From NCBI GenBank assembly GCA_963830105.1, contig CAWHLH010000003.1:323931-387930 (forward strand): 64,000 nucleotides of DNA. The letters are read 5' to 3'. The notes under the pieces were generated by a model. The model was not told where the DNA came from, searched no databases, and saw only the letters and a program-made list of their open reading frames with translations. The DNA is from an uncultured Gammaproteobacteria bacterium. GTDB taxonomy: Bacteria; Pseudomonadota; Gammaproteobacteria; DATFLG01. How positions within the stretch are numbered: the stretch's first letter is position 1; each line of letters opens with the position of its first letter. The position numbers were made by a program, and so were the translations under genes. Shown here one piece after another: positions 48,286 through 59,110 of this stretch.

Positions 48286-48502
48286 GACCGACCTCCTTGT
48301 CGGTGGGAATCATGCGGCCCATGAGGCACTCCAGCAGGACCGCATCCGGATATTCCAGCAGGGCGACGAAAGCACGTCTGCCATCCGCGTCCAGGCGTTC
48401 GTAACCCCGGTCGAGGAAAGCCAGCAACAGTTCATCCAGCTCCCGCATGCCGCGACGGCATTGCCATTGGAGCCTGTTGCGTTCGGCCAGCCTATCGGAC
48501 AT
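48248..48502 (-). CDS. sdhE: FAD assembly factor SdhE (YgfY/CptB, succinate dehydrogenase assembly factor 2)
   Basis: 84 aa (RLQWQCRRGMRELDELLLAFLDR...AFVALLEYPDAVLLECL). Conserved RGxxE motif. Confidence 0.9.
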   Translation of the reverse strand: MSDRLAERNRLQWQCRRGMRELDELLLAFLDRGYERLDADGRRAFVALLEYPDAVLLECLMGRMIPTDKEVGHVVDAIRSAAAP

Positions 48503-48562
48503 GGCCCTTGCAGGTACAGAGTCCGCCGCCGGTGCGCCATCCGAGGATACGAACGGCGGCGC

Positions 48563-49264
48563 TCACAGGGAATGCTTCACCATCAGCTCCTTGATACGGC
48601 CGATGGCCCGGGTGGGATTGAGTCCCTTGGGGCACACTTCCACGCAGTTCATGATGGTGTGGCAGCGAAACAGCTTGAACGGTCCGTCCAGGTCCGCAAG
48701 CCGCTCCTCGGTGGCCTGATCCCGGCTGTCGGCCAGGAAGCGCCAGGCCTGCAGCAGCGCCGCAGGCCCCCTGAACTTGTCCGGGTTCCACCAGAACGAC
48801 GGGCATGACGTCGAACAGCAGGCGCACAGGATGCACTCATAGAGCCCATCCAACTCGGCGCGCTCGGCGGGCGACTGCAGATGTTCCACCTCCGGCTCCG
48901 GGTCACGATTGATCAGATAAGGCTTCACGGCCCGGTACTGGTCATAGAACTGCGTCAGGTCCACCACCAGGTCGCGGATCACCGGCAGGCCGGGCAGCGG
49001 CCGTATGCGCACCGGCTCCTTGAGCTGCGACAGCGGCGTAATGCAGGCCAGACCGTTGCGTCCGTTGATGTTCATTCCGTCGGAACCGCACACGCCTTCG
49101 GCGCAGGAGCGGCGGAAACTCAAGGTCTCGTCGCGGGCCTTCAGGCACAACAGGGCATCCAACAGCATCATGCCAGGACGAATGTCTTCGGCAGGCAGTT
49201 CAAGGTCCTGCATGTAGGGCTTGGCGTCGGTTTCCGGGTTGTAACGATAGATGGAGAATCGCAC
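48563..49264 (-). CDS. sdhB: Succinate dehydrogenase iron-sulfur subunit
   Basis: Probable GTG start at 49264 (VRFSIYRYNPETD...). 2Fe-2S, 4Fe-4S and 3Fe-4S cysteine clusters (CAEGVCGSDGMNING, CILCACCSTSCP, CHTIMNCVEVCP). Confidence 0.92.
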   Translation of the reverse strand: MRFSIYRYNPETDAKPYMQDLELPAEDIRPGMMLLDALLCLKARDETLSFRRSCAEGVCGSDGMNINGRNGLACITPLSQLKEPVRIRPLPGLPVIRDLVVDLTQFYDQYRAVKPYLINRDPEPEVEHLQSPAERAELDGLYECILCACCSTSCPSFWWNPDKFRGPAALLQAWRFLADSRDQATEERLADLDGPFKLFRCHTIMNCVEVCPKGLNPTRAIGRIKELMVKHSL

Positions 49265-49275
49265 GGCGATACCCT

Positions 49276-51090
49276 TTAGTAGACCCGCGGCTTGGGTGGA
49301 AACGAATCCACCGTCAGGGGTTTGATGCGCACAGGCTTGTAGTCCATGCGGCGGCCCTGTTTGAAATACAGACTGTGGCGCAGCCAACGGACATCGTCTC
49401 GTTCAGGATAATCGATGCGCGAATGAGCGCCGCGGCTCTCGCGCCGCTCCAGTGCCGAGCGCACCGTCCCCACCGCGATGTCCATCAGGTTCTCCAGTTC
49501 CATGGCCTCGATGCGTGCGGTGTTGAATACCTTGCTGTGGTCCCGCAGCCGGGCATGCGCCAGACGTTCTTCCAACGCAATGACCCGTTCCAGGCCCTCC
49601 TCCAGAACCGCCTCGGTGCGGAACACGCCGCAGTAGTGTTCCATGGTCTGCTGCAATTCTGCGCGCAGCGCATCCACCGATTCACCGTCACCGTCTTCTT
49701 CCCAACGGACCAGACGGGCCATGGCCCGATCCACCCCGTCCTGGGAAAGCGCCCGGTGATACCGGTTCTCCTGCAGGTATTCGATAATGTGATTGGCGGC
49801 CGCACGACCGAACACCAGAATGTCCAGCAGTGAATTGCCTCCCAGGCGGTTGCCGCCATGGACGGATACGCACGCGCACTCGCCGGCAGCATACAGTCCG
49901 GGAATCACCTCCTCGGGGCCGTTCTGCTCGGGCACCACGACCTGTGCATGGCGGTTGGTGGGAATGCCGCCCATGGTGTAGTGGGCTGTCGGATAGACCG
50001 GAATGGGCGTGTCGATGGGATCGATGTGCAGGAAGGTCAGCACCGTGTCGCGAATGCCGGGCAGTCGCGAGCGGATCACGTCCGCACCCAGGTGGTCCAC
50101 CTTGAGCAGCACGTAATCCTTGTTTGGACCGCAGCCGCGTCCGTCGCGCACTTCCGTGGCGATGGCCCGGCTGACCACGTCCCGGCTGGCGAGGTCTTTC
50201 ACATGGGGCGCATAACGCTCCATGAATCGCTCGCCTTCGCTATTGATCAGGTAGCCGCCCTCGCCGCGGGCGCCTTCGGTCATGAGCATGCCCTTGCCGG
50301 CGATGCCGGTGGGGTGGAACTGGAAGAATTCCAGATCCTGCAGGGGAATGCCGGCCCGCAGCGCCATGGCCATGCCGTCACCGGTGTTGATCAGGGCATT
50401 GGTGTTGGTGCGATACAGCTGGCCCGCCCCGCCGGTAGCCAGCAGGGTGGTCTTGGCCTCGATGATCATGGGCTCGCCGCTGGCGATATCCAGCACCAGG
50501 GCCCCCAGAATGTAGCCTTCCTCGTCCCGGATCAGGTCGACGGAGAAGTACTCGTCGAAGAAGTGCGTGCGGGCACGGATATTCTGCTGATAGAGCGAAT
50601 GCAGGATGGCGTGCCCGGTACGATCGGCCGCCGCGCAGGTACGGGCCGCCTGCTCTCCACCGAAGTCCCGACTCTGGCCGCCGAAAGGACGCTGATAGAT
50701 GCGCCCGTTGTCCAGGCGCGAGAACGGCACGCCAATATGCTCCAACTCGTAGACCAGCCTGGAGGCGGCCCGGCACATATACTCGATGGCGTCCTGGTCG
50801 CCCAGGTAATCGCTGCCCTTGACCGTGTCGAACATATGCCAATGCCAGTTGTCCGGCAGCACGTTGCCCAGCGCCGCGTTGACGCCACCCTGGGCGGCGA
50901 CGGTGTGCGAACGGGTGGGAAACACCTTGGAAACCACGGCCACCCTGGCTTCGGCCTGGGCGAGTTGCAGGGCGGCGCGCAAACCGGCGCCACCGGCTCC
51001 AATGATCAGGGTGTCGAACTTGCGCCGTGGCACAGGGGTCCCGCCGCCCCCGCGGGGTGCTCTGCGTCGGTCGCCCCAGTCGTCCATCAT
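49276..51090 (-). CDS. sdhA: Succinate dehydrogenase flavoprotein subunit
   Basis: Internal ATG at 51090 gives ~604 aa. FAD-binding GAGGAG ([16 protein letters not shown]) and the covalent-FAD His region [10 protein letters not shown]. Confidence 0.95.
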   Translation of the reverse strand: MMDDWGDRRRAPRGGGGTPVPRRKFDTLIIGAGGAGLRAALQLAQAEARVAVVSKVFPTRSHTVAAQGGVNAALGNVLPDNWHWHMFDTVKGSDYLGDQDAIEYMCRAASRLVYELEHIGVPFSRLDNGRIYQRPFGGQSRDFGGEQAARTCAAADRTGHAILHSLYQQNIRARTHFFDEYFSVDLIRDEEGYILGALVLDIASGEPMIIEAKTTLLATGGAGQLYRTNTNALINTGDGMAMALRAGIPLQDLEFFQFHPTGIAGKGMLMTEGARGEGGYLINSEGERFMERYAPHVKDLASRDVVSRAIATEVRDGRGCGPNKDYVLLKVDHLGADVIRSRLPGIRDTVLTFLHIDPIDTPIPVYPTAHYTMGGIPTNRHAQVVVPEQNGPEEVIPGLYAAGECACVSVHGGNRLGGNSLLDILVFGRAAANHIIEYLQENRYHRALSQDGVDRAMARLVRWEEDGDGESVDALRAELQQTMEHYCGVFRTEAVLEEGLERVIALEERLAHARLRDHSKVFNTARIEAMELENLMDIAVGTVRSALERRESRGAHSRIDYPERDDVRWLRHSLYFKQGRRMDYKPVRIKPLTVDSFPPKPRVY

Positions 51091-51434
51091 GCCTTCACCG
51101 TCACCAGAAACAACACCCGCAGCGCCCAGGCCGCGCAGGCGATCAACGCCAGCGCCGCGGCCGCCAACACGGCAACCCGCAGGCCGCTGGGTCGCACGTA
51201 ATCCATGATCACATCCCGTATGCCGACCCAGGCATGACCGATCACCGACAGCATGAACAGCCCGGTGGCCATATTGATGATCGGCTCGGCCAGCCAGGCG
51301 TGCCATGCGTGGTAGCCCACAGGGGCGCCCAGAATACCGAAACGCACCACCAGAAAGAGCAGGAACCCAATGAGATAGATGGCCGTGAACCGCTGCAGCA
51401 GCCACGCCCGCAGCCCGTGAGCCGCCCCGGTCAC
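51087..51434 (-). CDS. sdhD: Succinate dehydrogenase hydrophobic membrane anchor subunit
   Basis: GTG at 51434 overlapping the sdhC stop (GTGA) gives 115 aa with three TM helices, matching the E. coli SdhD length. Confidence 0.8.
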   Translation of the reverse strand: MTGAAHGLRAWLLQRFTAIYLIGFLLFLVVRFGILGAPVGYHAWHAWLAEPIINMATGLFMLSVIGHAWVGIRDVIMDYVRPSGLRVAVLAAAALALIACAAWALRVLFLVTVKA

Positions 51435-51811
51435 AACAGCACCCCCACGTAGGCCAGCGCCGCCACCACGGCGGCCAGGTTCACCACCCATGCACTGCGC
51501 TGGGCGCTGCGCCGGTCAACACCCACATCAAGGTCGATGAGCAGAAAGCGTAGGCCGGCGAACAGATGATGGGCGAGAGACCACACGACAACGATGGAAA
51601 GAAGCTGCACGGGCATCGAGTGCCACAGCCCCGCCGCGCGGTCAAACCCCGCCGGCCCCTGCACCGACAGGTCCAGCAGATAGATCCCGAACGGTACGTT
51701 GAAAAACAGGAAAACGCCCGAAAGCCGGTGACCGAACGAGGCGACGGCCCCCACGGGCATACGGATGCGGAGCAGATTGAGGAACTTGGGAGGTGCCTGA
51801 TGCTCGGTCAT
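51431..51811 (-). CDS. sdhC: Succinate dehydrogenase cytochrome b556 subunit
   Basis: 126 aa (RPLSPHLQ-like region [19 protein letters not shown]..., three TM helices with heme-ligand His). Confidence 0.88.
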   Translation of the reverse strand: MTEHQAPPKFLNLLRIRMPVGAVASFGHRLSGVFLFFNVPFGIYLLDLSVQGPAGFDRAAGLWHSMPVQLLSIVVVWSLAHHLFAGLRFLLIDLDVGVDRRSAQRSAWVVNLAAVVAALAYVGVLL

Positions 51812-51939
51812 CTATGACTCATGCGCGTTTTTGCATTTATAGCATTCTACCAACCGCAAACGCCAGCCCACAGGCCGGTTGCTGACAGAATCGCACAGAT
51901 TGTCTACCATTTGGCCCTGCGATCTCTGGGGCGTGAGCG

Positions 51940-53004
51940 ATGAAAGCTGAGTGGAAGGAATTTCTCGAGAACACCGGCGCGGAATTGTGCGACGGCGAAG
52001 TGGCCACCTACGGCAATCCCGAGCAGGAGCTGAGCATTGCGCTCACCGGCAATGTGTTCGCCGATCTCTCCCATCAGGGCCTGATCGCCGTCCACGGCGC
52101 CGATGCCCAGGCCTTCCTGCAGGGACAGGTGAGCAGCGACATTCGTCAGGTCGACGACCGGCACAGTCAGCTCAGCAGCTACTGCAGCCCCAAGGGCCGC
52201 ATGCTCGCCAGCTTCCGCGTATTCCAGCGCGGCGATACCTATTACCTGCGCATGCCCGCTTTACTGCTGGACGCAACCCTCAAGCGCCTGCGCATGTTCG
52301 TGCTGCGCGCCCAGGTCACCCTGGACGACGCCAGCAACAGTTTCGTGCAGATCGGCGTCACCGGTCCCGGCGCGGCCGAGCAGCTGGAGGGGTTTTTCGG
52401 CTCGGCACCGGGAGCGGTGGACGAAGCGGTCCAGGCAAAGGACTGCACGCTCATCCGGGTTGCGGGCGGACACCCACGCTTCGAAGTGTATGGGCCGCTG
52501 GAAGCCATGCGCAAACTATGGGAAACGCTCAATGTGCGCAGTGCGCCCATCGGCTCCACGGCGTGGGCGCTGCTGGACATCATGGCCGGTATCCCGGTGA
52601 TCTATCCGGCGACCGCCGATGCATTCGTGCCCCAGATGGCGAATATGCAGCTGGTGGGCGCCTTGAATTTCAAGAAGGGCTGTTACCCCGGTCAGGAAGT
52701 GGTAGCCCGCACCCAGTACCTGGGCAAGCTCAAGCGCCGCATGTATCTGGGCCGGGTACGCAGCGAGCAGATGCCCGCCCCCGGCGACGAACTGTTCGCC
52801 CGCGGCGGCGGACAGGAACAGAATGTGGGCCGCATCGTGGATGCTCGCCCCCATCCCGATGGCGGTTACGCCCTGCTGGCCGTGGTGCAGATCGCCAGTG
52901 CCGAAGGTGACAGCCTGCACTACGGGGCGCTGGACGGCCCTGCTGTGGAGCTTCAGCCCCTGCCCTATCCGTTCCAGGAATCGGAGAGCGGCACCGCACC
53001 GTGA
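51940..53004 (+). CDS. ygfZ: tRNA-modifying folate-binding protein YgfZ (CAF17 family)
   Basis: 354 aa. GcvT-like fold. Conserved C-terminal KGCYxGQE motif (KKGCYPGQEVVARTQYLGKLKRRM). Confidence 0.9.
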   Translation: MKAEWKEFLENTGAELCDGEVATYGNPEQELSIALTGNVFADLSHQGLIAVHGADAQAFLQGQVSSDIRQVDDRHSQLSSYCSPKGRMLASFRVFQRGDTYYLRMPALLLDATLKRLRMFVLRAQVTLDDASNSFVQIGVTGPGAAEQLEGFFGSAPGAVDEAVQAKDCTLIRVAGGHPRFEVYGPLEAMRKLWETLNVRSAPIGSTAWALLDIMAGIPVIYPATADAFVPQMANMQLVGALNFKKGCYPGQEVVARTQYLGKLKRRMYLGRVRSEQMPAPGDELFARGGGQEQNVGRIVDARPHPDGGYALLAVVQIASAEGDSLHYGALDGPAVELQPLPYPFQESESGTAP

Positions 53005-53011
53005 TCGACGG

Positions 53012-53030
53012 GCGGCCCGCTCAGGGCCGC
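53012..53030. terminator. Bidirectional terminator hairpin (GCGGCCC-gctca-GGGCCGC) between convergent ygfZ and lysS
   Basis: Perfect 7-bp GC stem with 5-nt loop, spanning the ygfZ/lysS stop codons. No strong T-tract. Confidence 0.4.
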
Positions 53031-54505
53031 ATATGGGGGAACAGCAGCACGTCCCGGATCGACGGCGAATCGGTGAACAACATCACCAGCCGGTCGATGC
53101 CGATACCCTCACCGGCGGTGGGCGGCATGCCGTGCTCCAGAGCGGTAATGTAGTCCGCGTCGAAGTGCATCGCCTCCTCATCGCCCGCCTCCTTCTCCTG
53201 CACCTGGCGCTGAAAGCGCTCGGCCTGATCCTCGGCGTCGTTCAACTCCGAGAAACCATTGGCAATTTCCCGGCCGCCCACGAAGAACTCGAACCGATCG
53301 GTGACGAACGAGTCGTCGTCATTGAGCCGCGCCAGCGGCGACACCTCGGTGGGATAGGCGGTAATGAAGGTCGGGTGCTTGAGCTGCGCCTCCACCGTCT
53401 TCTCGAAGATTTCGATCTGCACCTTGCCCAGTCCCCAGGAAGCCTTGAGCGGAATCCCGATGTGGCTGGCCAACGCGCGTGCGGCATCAAGATCCTCCAA
53501 CTGCACCGCTTTCACGTCGGGATTGAAGCGCAGGATCGATTCCTTGACCGTCATGCGGTCGAACGGCTTGCCGAAGTCGTATTCCTCGCCCTGCCAGGTC
53601 AGGGTGGTGGAACCGACCAGATCGCCCGCCATCCCGCGCAACAGCGCCTCGGTGAGATCCATCAGGTCCCGGTAGTCCGCGTACGCCTCATAGAACTCCA
53701 GCATGGTGAATTCGGGATTGTGGCGTGTGGAAAGTCCCTCGTTGCGGAAATTGCGGTTGATCTCGTAAACCTTCTCGATGCCGCCCACCACCAGGCGCTT
53801 GAGGTACAGTTCGGGAGCAATGCGCAAAAACAGCTGCATGTCCAGAGCATGATGGTGCGTGATGAACGGACGCGCCGTCGCTCCGCCGGGAATCATCTGC
53901 ATCATCGGCGTTTCCACTTCCATGTAGTCGCGGGCATTGAGAAACTCGCGGATGTACTGAACGATGCGCGTGCGCATCTGGAAGGTGCGCCGGGTCACGT
54001 CGTTCATGATCAGATCGAGGTAGCGCTGTCGGTAACGCGCCTCCTGATCCGTCAATCCGTGAAACTTGTCAGGCAGCGGGCGCAGCGACTTGGTGAGCAG
54101 GCGCACGTCTTCGACCTTGACAGTAAGCTCGCCGGTCTTGGTCTTGAACAGCGTGCCTTCGGCACCCAGGATGTCGCCGATGTCCCAGCTCTTGAACTGC
54201 TGGTAGCGCCCTTCGGGCAGCGAGTCGCGCTGCAGGAAAAGCTGAATCCTGCCGGCCATGTCCTGCAGCTGGGCAAAGCTCGCCTTGCCCATCACCCGTT
54301 TGGCCATCAAACGCCCGGCGATTCGCACCCGCTGCGGGCTGGCCTCCAGCTCTTCGTTGTCCTTGTCGCCGTACTCGGCATGCAGCTCGCCGGCCACCAC
54401 GTTGCGTCGAAAGTCGTTGGGGAACGCGATACCCCGCTCGCGCAGGGCCGCCAGCTTGGCTCGGCGTTCGGCAATCAGGCGGTGCTCGTCTTGGTTGTCG
54501 GTCAT
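53021..54505 (-). CDS. lysS: Lysine--tRNA ligase (class II)
   Basis: Internal ATG at 54505 gives 495 aa. Class II aaRS motifs ([13 protein letters not shown]..., GIDRLVM). The upstream in-frame extension to 54841 is unlikely to be coding. Confidence 0.93.
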   Translation of the reverse strand: MTDNQDEHRLIAERRAKLAALRERGIAFPNDFRRNVVAGELHAEYGDKDNEELEASPQRVRIAGRLMAKRVMGKASFAQLQDMAGRIQLFLQRDSLPEGRYQQFKSWDIGDILGAEGTLFKTKTGELTVKVEDVRLLTKSLRPLPDKFHGLTDQEARYRQRYLDLIMNDVTRRTFQMRTRIVQYIREFLNARDYMEVETPMMQMIPGGATARPFITHHHALDMQLFLRIAPELYLKRLVVGGIEKVYEINRNFRNEGLSTRHNPEFTMLEFYEAYADYRDLMDLTEALLRGMAGDLVGSTTLTWQGEEYDFGKPFDRMTVKESILRFNPDVKAVQLEDLDAARALASHIGIPLKASWGLGKVQIEIFEKTVEAQLKHPTFITAYPTEVSPLARLNDDDSFVTDRFEFFVGGREIANGFSELNDAEDQAERFQRQVQEKEAGDEEAMHFDADYITALEHGMPPTAGEGIGIDRLVMLFTDSPSIRDVLLFPHMRP

Positions 54506-54561
54506 CGGTGGGTCGCTTGGCTCGCTTGAGTATTCCGGAATAGGGGCGTGGCGGTGCCGGC

Positions 54562-55660
54562 TCAGAGGCCGGCCTTCAGGCTGGCTTCGATGAAGTCGTC
54601 CAGGTCGCCGTCCAGCACCGCCTGTGTGTTGCCGACTTCGATGCCCGTACGCAGGTCCTTGATGCGGGACTGGTCCAGCACGTAGGAACGGATCTGGCTG
54701 CCCCAGCCGATATCCGACTTGGTCTCTTCCAGGGCCTGCTGCTCGCTGCGCCGCTTGTGCATCTCGAGCTCGTAGAGCTTGGCCTTGAGCTGCTTCATGG
54801 CGGTGGCGCGGTTCTTGTGCTGGGAACGGTCGTTCTGGCACTGGACCACGATACCGCTGGGAATGTGGGTGATGCGCACCGCCGATTCCGTGCGGTTCAC
54901 GTGCTGACCGCCGGCGCCGCTGGCGCGGTATACGTCCACACGCAGATCCGCGGGGTTGATCTCGATATCGATATCGTCATCCACCTCAGGGGACACGAAC
55001 ACTGCCGCAAAGGACGTGTGGCGGCGATTGCCCGAGTCGAACGGCGACTTGCGGACCAGGCGGTGCACGCCGGTTTCGGTGCGCAGCCAGCCAAACGCAT
55101 AGCTGCCCTCCACCTTCACGGTCGCGCTCTTGATGCCGGCCACTTCCCCGGGGGACACCTCGATCAGCTCCGCCTTGAAGTCGTGGCGCTCCGCCCAGCG
55201 CAGGTACATGCGCAACAGCATCTCGGCCCAATCCTGGGCCTCCGTCCCGCCGGAACCGGCCTGGACATCGAGAAACGCATTGGACGGGTCCATCTCTCCC
55301 GCGAACATGCGGCGAAATTCCAGCGCGGCGATCTCCGACTCCAGCCGGGCAAGATCGCCAACGACGGACTCGGCGGTATCCTCGTCGTCCTCCTCGCGGG
55401 CGATCTCGATCAGGTCGCCGGCGTCCGCCAGCGCCTGTTCCATCTTCTCCAGGGTCCCCACCACCTCTTCCAGGCGGGCCCGTTCGCGGCCCAGCTCCTG
55501 GGCGCGTTCCGGGTGGTTCCAGACGTCGGGCTGTTCCAGCTCGCGGGTGACCTCGGTCAGGCGTTCGCGTTTGGCATCGAAGTCAAAGATACCCCCTCAG
55601 GGACTGGGAACGCCCTTGCAGGTCTTTGATCTGACTAACGATCGGATTGATTTCAAGCAT
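54562..55660 (-). CDS. prfB: Peptide chain release factor 2, with programmed +1 ribosomal frameshift
   Basis: ORF1: ATG 55660 .. [25 protein letters not shown] then in-frame TGA within CTT TGA C (minus strand ~55588-55582), preceded by the SD-like AGGGGG. +1 frame continues DFDAKRERL... through [16 protein letters not shown] (GGQ motif) and SPF tripeptide ([11 protein letters not shown]). Coordinates join(55660..55586, 55584..54562). Confidence 0.9.
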
Positions 55661-55815
55661 GATGTCGAATGCGCTTGTAGGGTTGATGACAAGCGGGCAA
55701 TGATACTACCTGGACCCGATGGATGTCACCCGTTGTGGTGGGAAAACTCTGCCGGCTCAGCCTGTTAGAAAGGGCCTCCGAAGCACTCCGCACCATGGCC
55801 GCGCGCAGGCGCACG

Positions 55816-56172
55816 CTAATGACGATGGACCGCCTTCAGGTAGTGAGCCAACGCCACCGCATTGTTGTGCTCGCGGTCCCTGGCACCGAACAGCAACGTG
55901 AGCCGCGCTTTGCCGGCTCGTTGCAGCAGGCCGGCCACCACGTCCGATTTCTCGTCCAGCTCCTGGAAGTAGCGCCGCTTGAATTCCTCCCACTTGCTTT
56001 CGTCGTGGCCAAACCACTTGCGCAGCGCGCTGCTGGGGGCGATTTCCTTCAGCCATTGATCCAATCGGGCGTCCGCCTTGCGCATCCCACGGGGCCACAC
56101 CCGATCGACCAGAATCCGTTCGCCGTCGCCACGGCTGGGCGCGTCGTAGACCCGCTTCACGTCGATGTCCAT
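55816..56172 (-). CDS. DUF488 (YeaO-like) family protein
   Basis: Internal ATG at 56172 (MDIDVKRVYDAPSRGDGERILVDRVWPRGMRKADARLDQWLKEIAPS). Matches DUF488 N-terminal consensus. Confidence 0.75.
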   Translation of the reverse strand: MDIDVKRVYDAPSRGDGERILVDRVWPRGMRKADARLDQWLKEIAPSSALRKWFGHDESKWEEFKRRYFQELDEKSDVVAGLLQRAGKARLTLLFGARDREHNNAVALAHYLKAVHRH

Positions 56173-56261
56173 GAGCCGCTCTCCTGCCGTCCGGGGACCG
56201 TCGCCCCAAGGATGGACAACGGGCTCACCGCGGGCGAAAACCATTCCTCTCGGAACCGTCC

Positions 56262-57989
56262 TCAAGGCGGGGCGATGTGCTCGACCACCAGCTGCAGACC
56301 GCGCACGCCGCGAAACACGTTCACATCCAGGCGGTATGCCAGGCGCACCGTGGAACCCACCCCGGCGAGCCCGTCGTCGACCTGATTGAAGGCGATGGCA
56401 TCCAGCGCAATACCATCCCCCTGCGGACTGAGCGACAGTTTCAGGTGACGCTCGCCCACCACCCGCCGGCTGCGGACGCGGAACAGCCCGTCGAAAACCG
56501 GCTCCGGAAAGCCCTGACCCCAGGGACCCGCGTTGCGCAACCGCTCGGCCAGTTCCAGGGAGAAGTCGGCGCCGGTCAGTTCCCCATCGCTGTGGATGAC
56601 TCCGCGCAGCGCGTCACCGTCCACCCGTTCGCACACCACCTCGTCGAACGCCGCCTGGAACCGCTCCAGATGGGCCTGCGGTAGCGACAGCCCGGCGGCC
56701 ATGGCATGACCGCCGAACCGGGTGATCAAGCCCGGATGTCGGACCGCCACCGCATCCAGTGCATCGCGGATATGCAAACCGGACACCGATCGTGCCGAGC
56801 CCTTGAGTTCGCCCTCACCGGTTTGCGCAAACGCGATTACCGGGCGATGCAGAAGCTCCTTGATGCGCGACGCCAGAATGCCGATGACGCCCTGATGCCA
56901 GCGTTCGTCGAACAGGCACAACCCGGTGGGCAGGCCGTCGCCGTCCAGATGCAGGCGCTCGAGCTCTTCCAGTGCCTGGTCCTGCATCTGCGCTTCGATG
57001 CTGCGCCGCTCGCGGTTGAGGTCGTCCAACTGCGCCGCCATGGCCCGGGCCCGGACCGGGTCGTCGGTGAGCAGACACTCGATACCCAGGGACATGTCCT
57101 GCAGGCGGCCGGCGGCGTTCAGCCGCGGCCCCACCGCAAACCCCAGATCGGCGGCCGTGATGCGGCTGCGGTCCCTGCCCGCCGCCTCCAGCAGCGCAGC
57201 GATACCCGGGACGCAGCGCCCGGCCCGAATCCGACACAGACCCTGGTGCACCAGAATGCGGTTGTTGTGGTCCAGCGGCACCACATCCGCCACCGTCCCC
57301 AGGGCGACCAGGTCGAGCAGTTCCGCCAGATTGGGCTCGCCGCCCGCACGACCGCCAAACCAGCCGCTGTCACGCAGCCTGGCACGCAACGCGAGCAGCA
57401 CATAGAATGCGACCCCGACCCCCGCGAGATGCTTGCTCGGAAAGCCATCCCCCGGCAGGTTGGGATTGACGATGGCATCGGCCGCCGGCAGCCGCTCTCC
57501 GGCCAGGTGATGGTCGGTCACCAGTACCCGGATACCACGGGACCGGGCTGCTTCCACGCCCTCGATGCTGGAAATGCCGTTGTCCACCGTCACGATCAAC
57601 TCGGGCCGCTGAGCGGCGGCGACCGCGACGATCTCGGGCGTCAGACCGTAGCCGTACTCGAAGCGGTTGGGGACCAGATAGCGAACGTCCGCTGTCCCCA
57701 GCGCGCGCAGCCCGCGCACCACCAGGGCCGAACTGGTGGCGCCGTCGGCATCGAAGTCGCCCACCACCACCACACGCCAACCGTCCCGCAACGCGGTCTC
57801 CAGCAGATCCACCGCCCGTCCCAGTCCGTCGAGACGGTCCATGGGGCAAAGGTGCTGAAAGCCGGTCTCCAGCTCATGGGACGAACGGACGTTGCGCGCG
57901 GCATAGATGCGACGGAGCAAGGGATCCAGATCCGCGCCCAGCGCCTCGACGGCACCGCTCGGCTGGCGACGAACGATCATCGGCGCCAC
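56262..57989 (-). CDS. recJ: Single-stranded-DNA-specific exonuclease RecJ
   Basis: 575 aa. DHH motifs (VVVGDFDADGATS, VTVDNG, LVTDHH), DHHA1, and OB-fold C-terminus. Confidence 0.93.
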   Translation of the reverse strand: MAPMIVRRQPSGAVEALGADLDPLLRRIYAARNVRSSHELETGFQHLCPMDRLDGLGRAVDLLETALRDGWRVVVVGDFDADGATSSALVVRGLRALGTADVRYLVPNRFEYGYGLTPEIVAVAAAQRPELIVTVDNGISSIEGVEAARSRGIRVLVTDHHLAGERLPAADAIVNPNLPGDGFPSKHLAGVGVAFYVLLALRARLRDSGWFGGRAGGEPNLAELLDLVALGTVADVVPLDHNNRILVHQGLCRIRAGRCVPGIAALLEAAGRDRSRITAADLGFAVGPRLNAAGRLQDMSLGIECLLTDDPVRARAMAAQLDDLNRERRSIEAQMQDQALEELERLHLDGDGLPTGLCLFDERWHQGVIGILASRIKELLHRPVIAFAQTGEGELKGSARSVSGLHIRDALDAVAVRHPGLITRFGGHAMAAGLSLPQAHLERFQAAFDEVVCERVDGDALRGVIHSDGELTGADFSLELAERLRNAGPWGQGFPEPVFDGLFRVRSRRVVGERHLKLSLSPQGDGIALDAIAFNQVDDGLAGVGSTVRLAYRLDVNVFRGVRGLQLVVEHIAPP

Positions 57990-57993
57990 CGGC

Positions 57994-59031
57994 TCAGCCC
58001 CGTGCCGCCAGTGGGCGCGGGCGATGCCACAGCCGCCAGGCGCTCAGCCGGCCGGCACGGTAGCGTCGACCGTTGCAGGGGAGAATCTCCAAGCAGGTCA
58101 GTCGGCCCCGCGCCAGAGCCTCGGCCAGCGGTGCCAGCCAGGTACGCTCGAGCGCCTCGACCGCCTGCACCCAGCCATCCAGGTCGTCATACAGAACCTT
58201 GCTGTGCAACTGGTCCAGCACCACCAGGTGCGCACCGGGTTCGGCCCGTGCCAGCCAGTCCCGGGCGCCCGCCGGCCGATCCGAGCGCTCAACGCCGGCC
58301 AGAGTCGCCAGTCCCATCGCCAGAGGATCGTCGCTCCAGACCCGCCGCCAGGATGCCGCCGGGAGCTGCGGCAGGCGCCCTCCACCCCAGAACCAGACGC
58401 TGTTGATGGTCGGTCGCCCCTGGGAGTCCCGGGCAGCATTGACGGGCTGATCATGGAACAACATCTGCACTTCGTTCAACACCCGGTGCCAGTGGGTGCC
58501 ATCCTTCCCGGCAGGCAGGTAGGGGTCGATGTGGTGGCCGATCACGCGCGTCACCGGGGTCGTCTGCACGCCCACAGCCTGCTCGGTACGCACATACCAG
58601 CGGCCTGGCACCGGCGCCTCCAGGCGCCAGCCGTCGTCCGCTTCGTACAATGCCCTCAGCTGAGTCAGCAGGGCATCGGCCTCGTCCGGCTCGATGTCCA
58701 GGGCGCGGCTGTCGAACAGAACCAGACGGCTCTGGTCGGCCCGCAGATGAACGGGATCGACCCGCAGCCACCAGCCGCGATCGCGCTCACCGGTATCGGC
58801 CAACCGGGTAATGGCCGCAAGCGGCAAAGCGGCCTCCGGGCCCTGCAATCCGAACAGCTCGCACAGCGTGGCCTCGAAGCCCTCTGCGAGCCCGTCGTCC
58901 CGGTGGGCACGCGCCAGCAGGCGTTCGGTCGCCGGCGCCGCCGGCCGCGGGAATCCGGGCAACCCCATGCCCTGCAGTGGCCCCAGCAGGCCCGGCACCA
59001 CCACGGTCAATGTACGCATGGCTCTGCCCAT
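57994..59031 (-). CDS. Conserved hypothetical protein
   Basis: 345-aa ORF immediately downstream of recJ (4-nt gap). No family confidently recognised. Confidence 0.45.
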   Translation of the reverse strand: MGRAMRTLTVVVPGLLGPLQGMGLPGFPRPAAPATERLLARAHRDDGLAEGFEATLCELFGLQGPEAALPLAAITRLADTGERDRGWWLRVDPVHLRADQSRLVLFDSRALDIEPDEADALLTQLRALYEADDGWRLEAPVPGRWYVRTEQAVGVQTTPVTRVIGHHIDPYLPAGKDGTHWHRVLNEVQMLFHDQPVNAARDSQGRPTINSVWFWGGGRLPQLPAASWRRVWSDDPLAMGLATLAGVERSDRPAGARDWLARAEPGAHLVVLDQLHSKVLYDDLDGWVQAVEALERTWLAPLAEALARGRLTCLEILPCNGRRYRAGRLSAWRLWHRPRPLAARG

Positions 59032-59048
59032 CTCTCGGACCTATAAAT

Positions 59049-59110
59049 AACAGCAAATAACATATGTAACTCATTGTTATTATTATTGTTACTGTTACTG
59101 TTACTTATAC
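59049..59110. repeat. AT-rich stretch with imperfect tandem hexamers (GTTATT/GTTACT x ~5)
   Basis: ...taacatatgtaactcattgttattattattgttactgttactgttacttatac... in the intergenic region upstream of the 57994..59031 gene. Strongly AT-rich relative to the window. Confidence 0.5.

Noticed and set aside
53021-54841. N-terminal 112-aa extension of lysS (ORF begins at 54841)
   Set aside because: Extension is Pro/Arg/Gly-rich with no LysRS homology. The conserved LysRS N-terminus begins at the internal ATG 54505 ([18 protein letters not shown]...).
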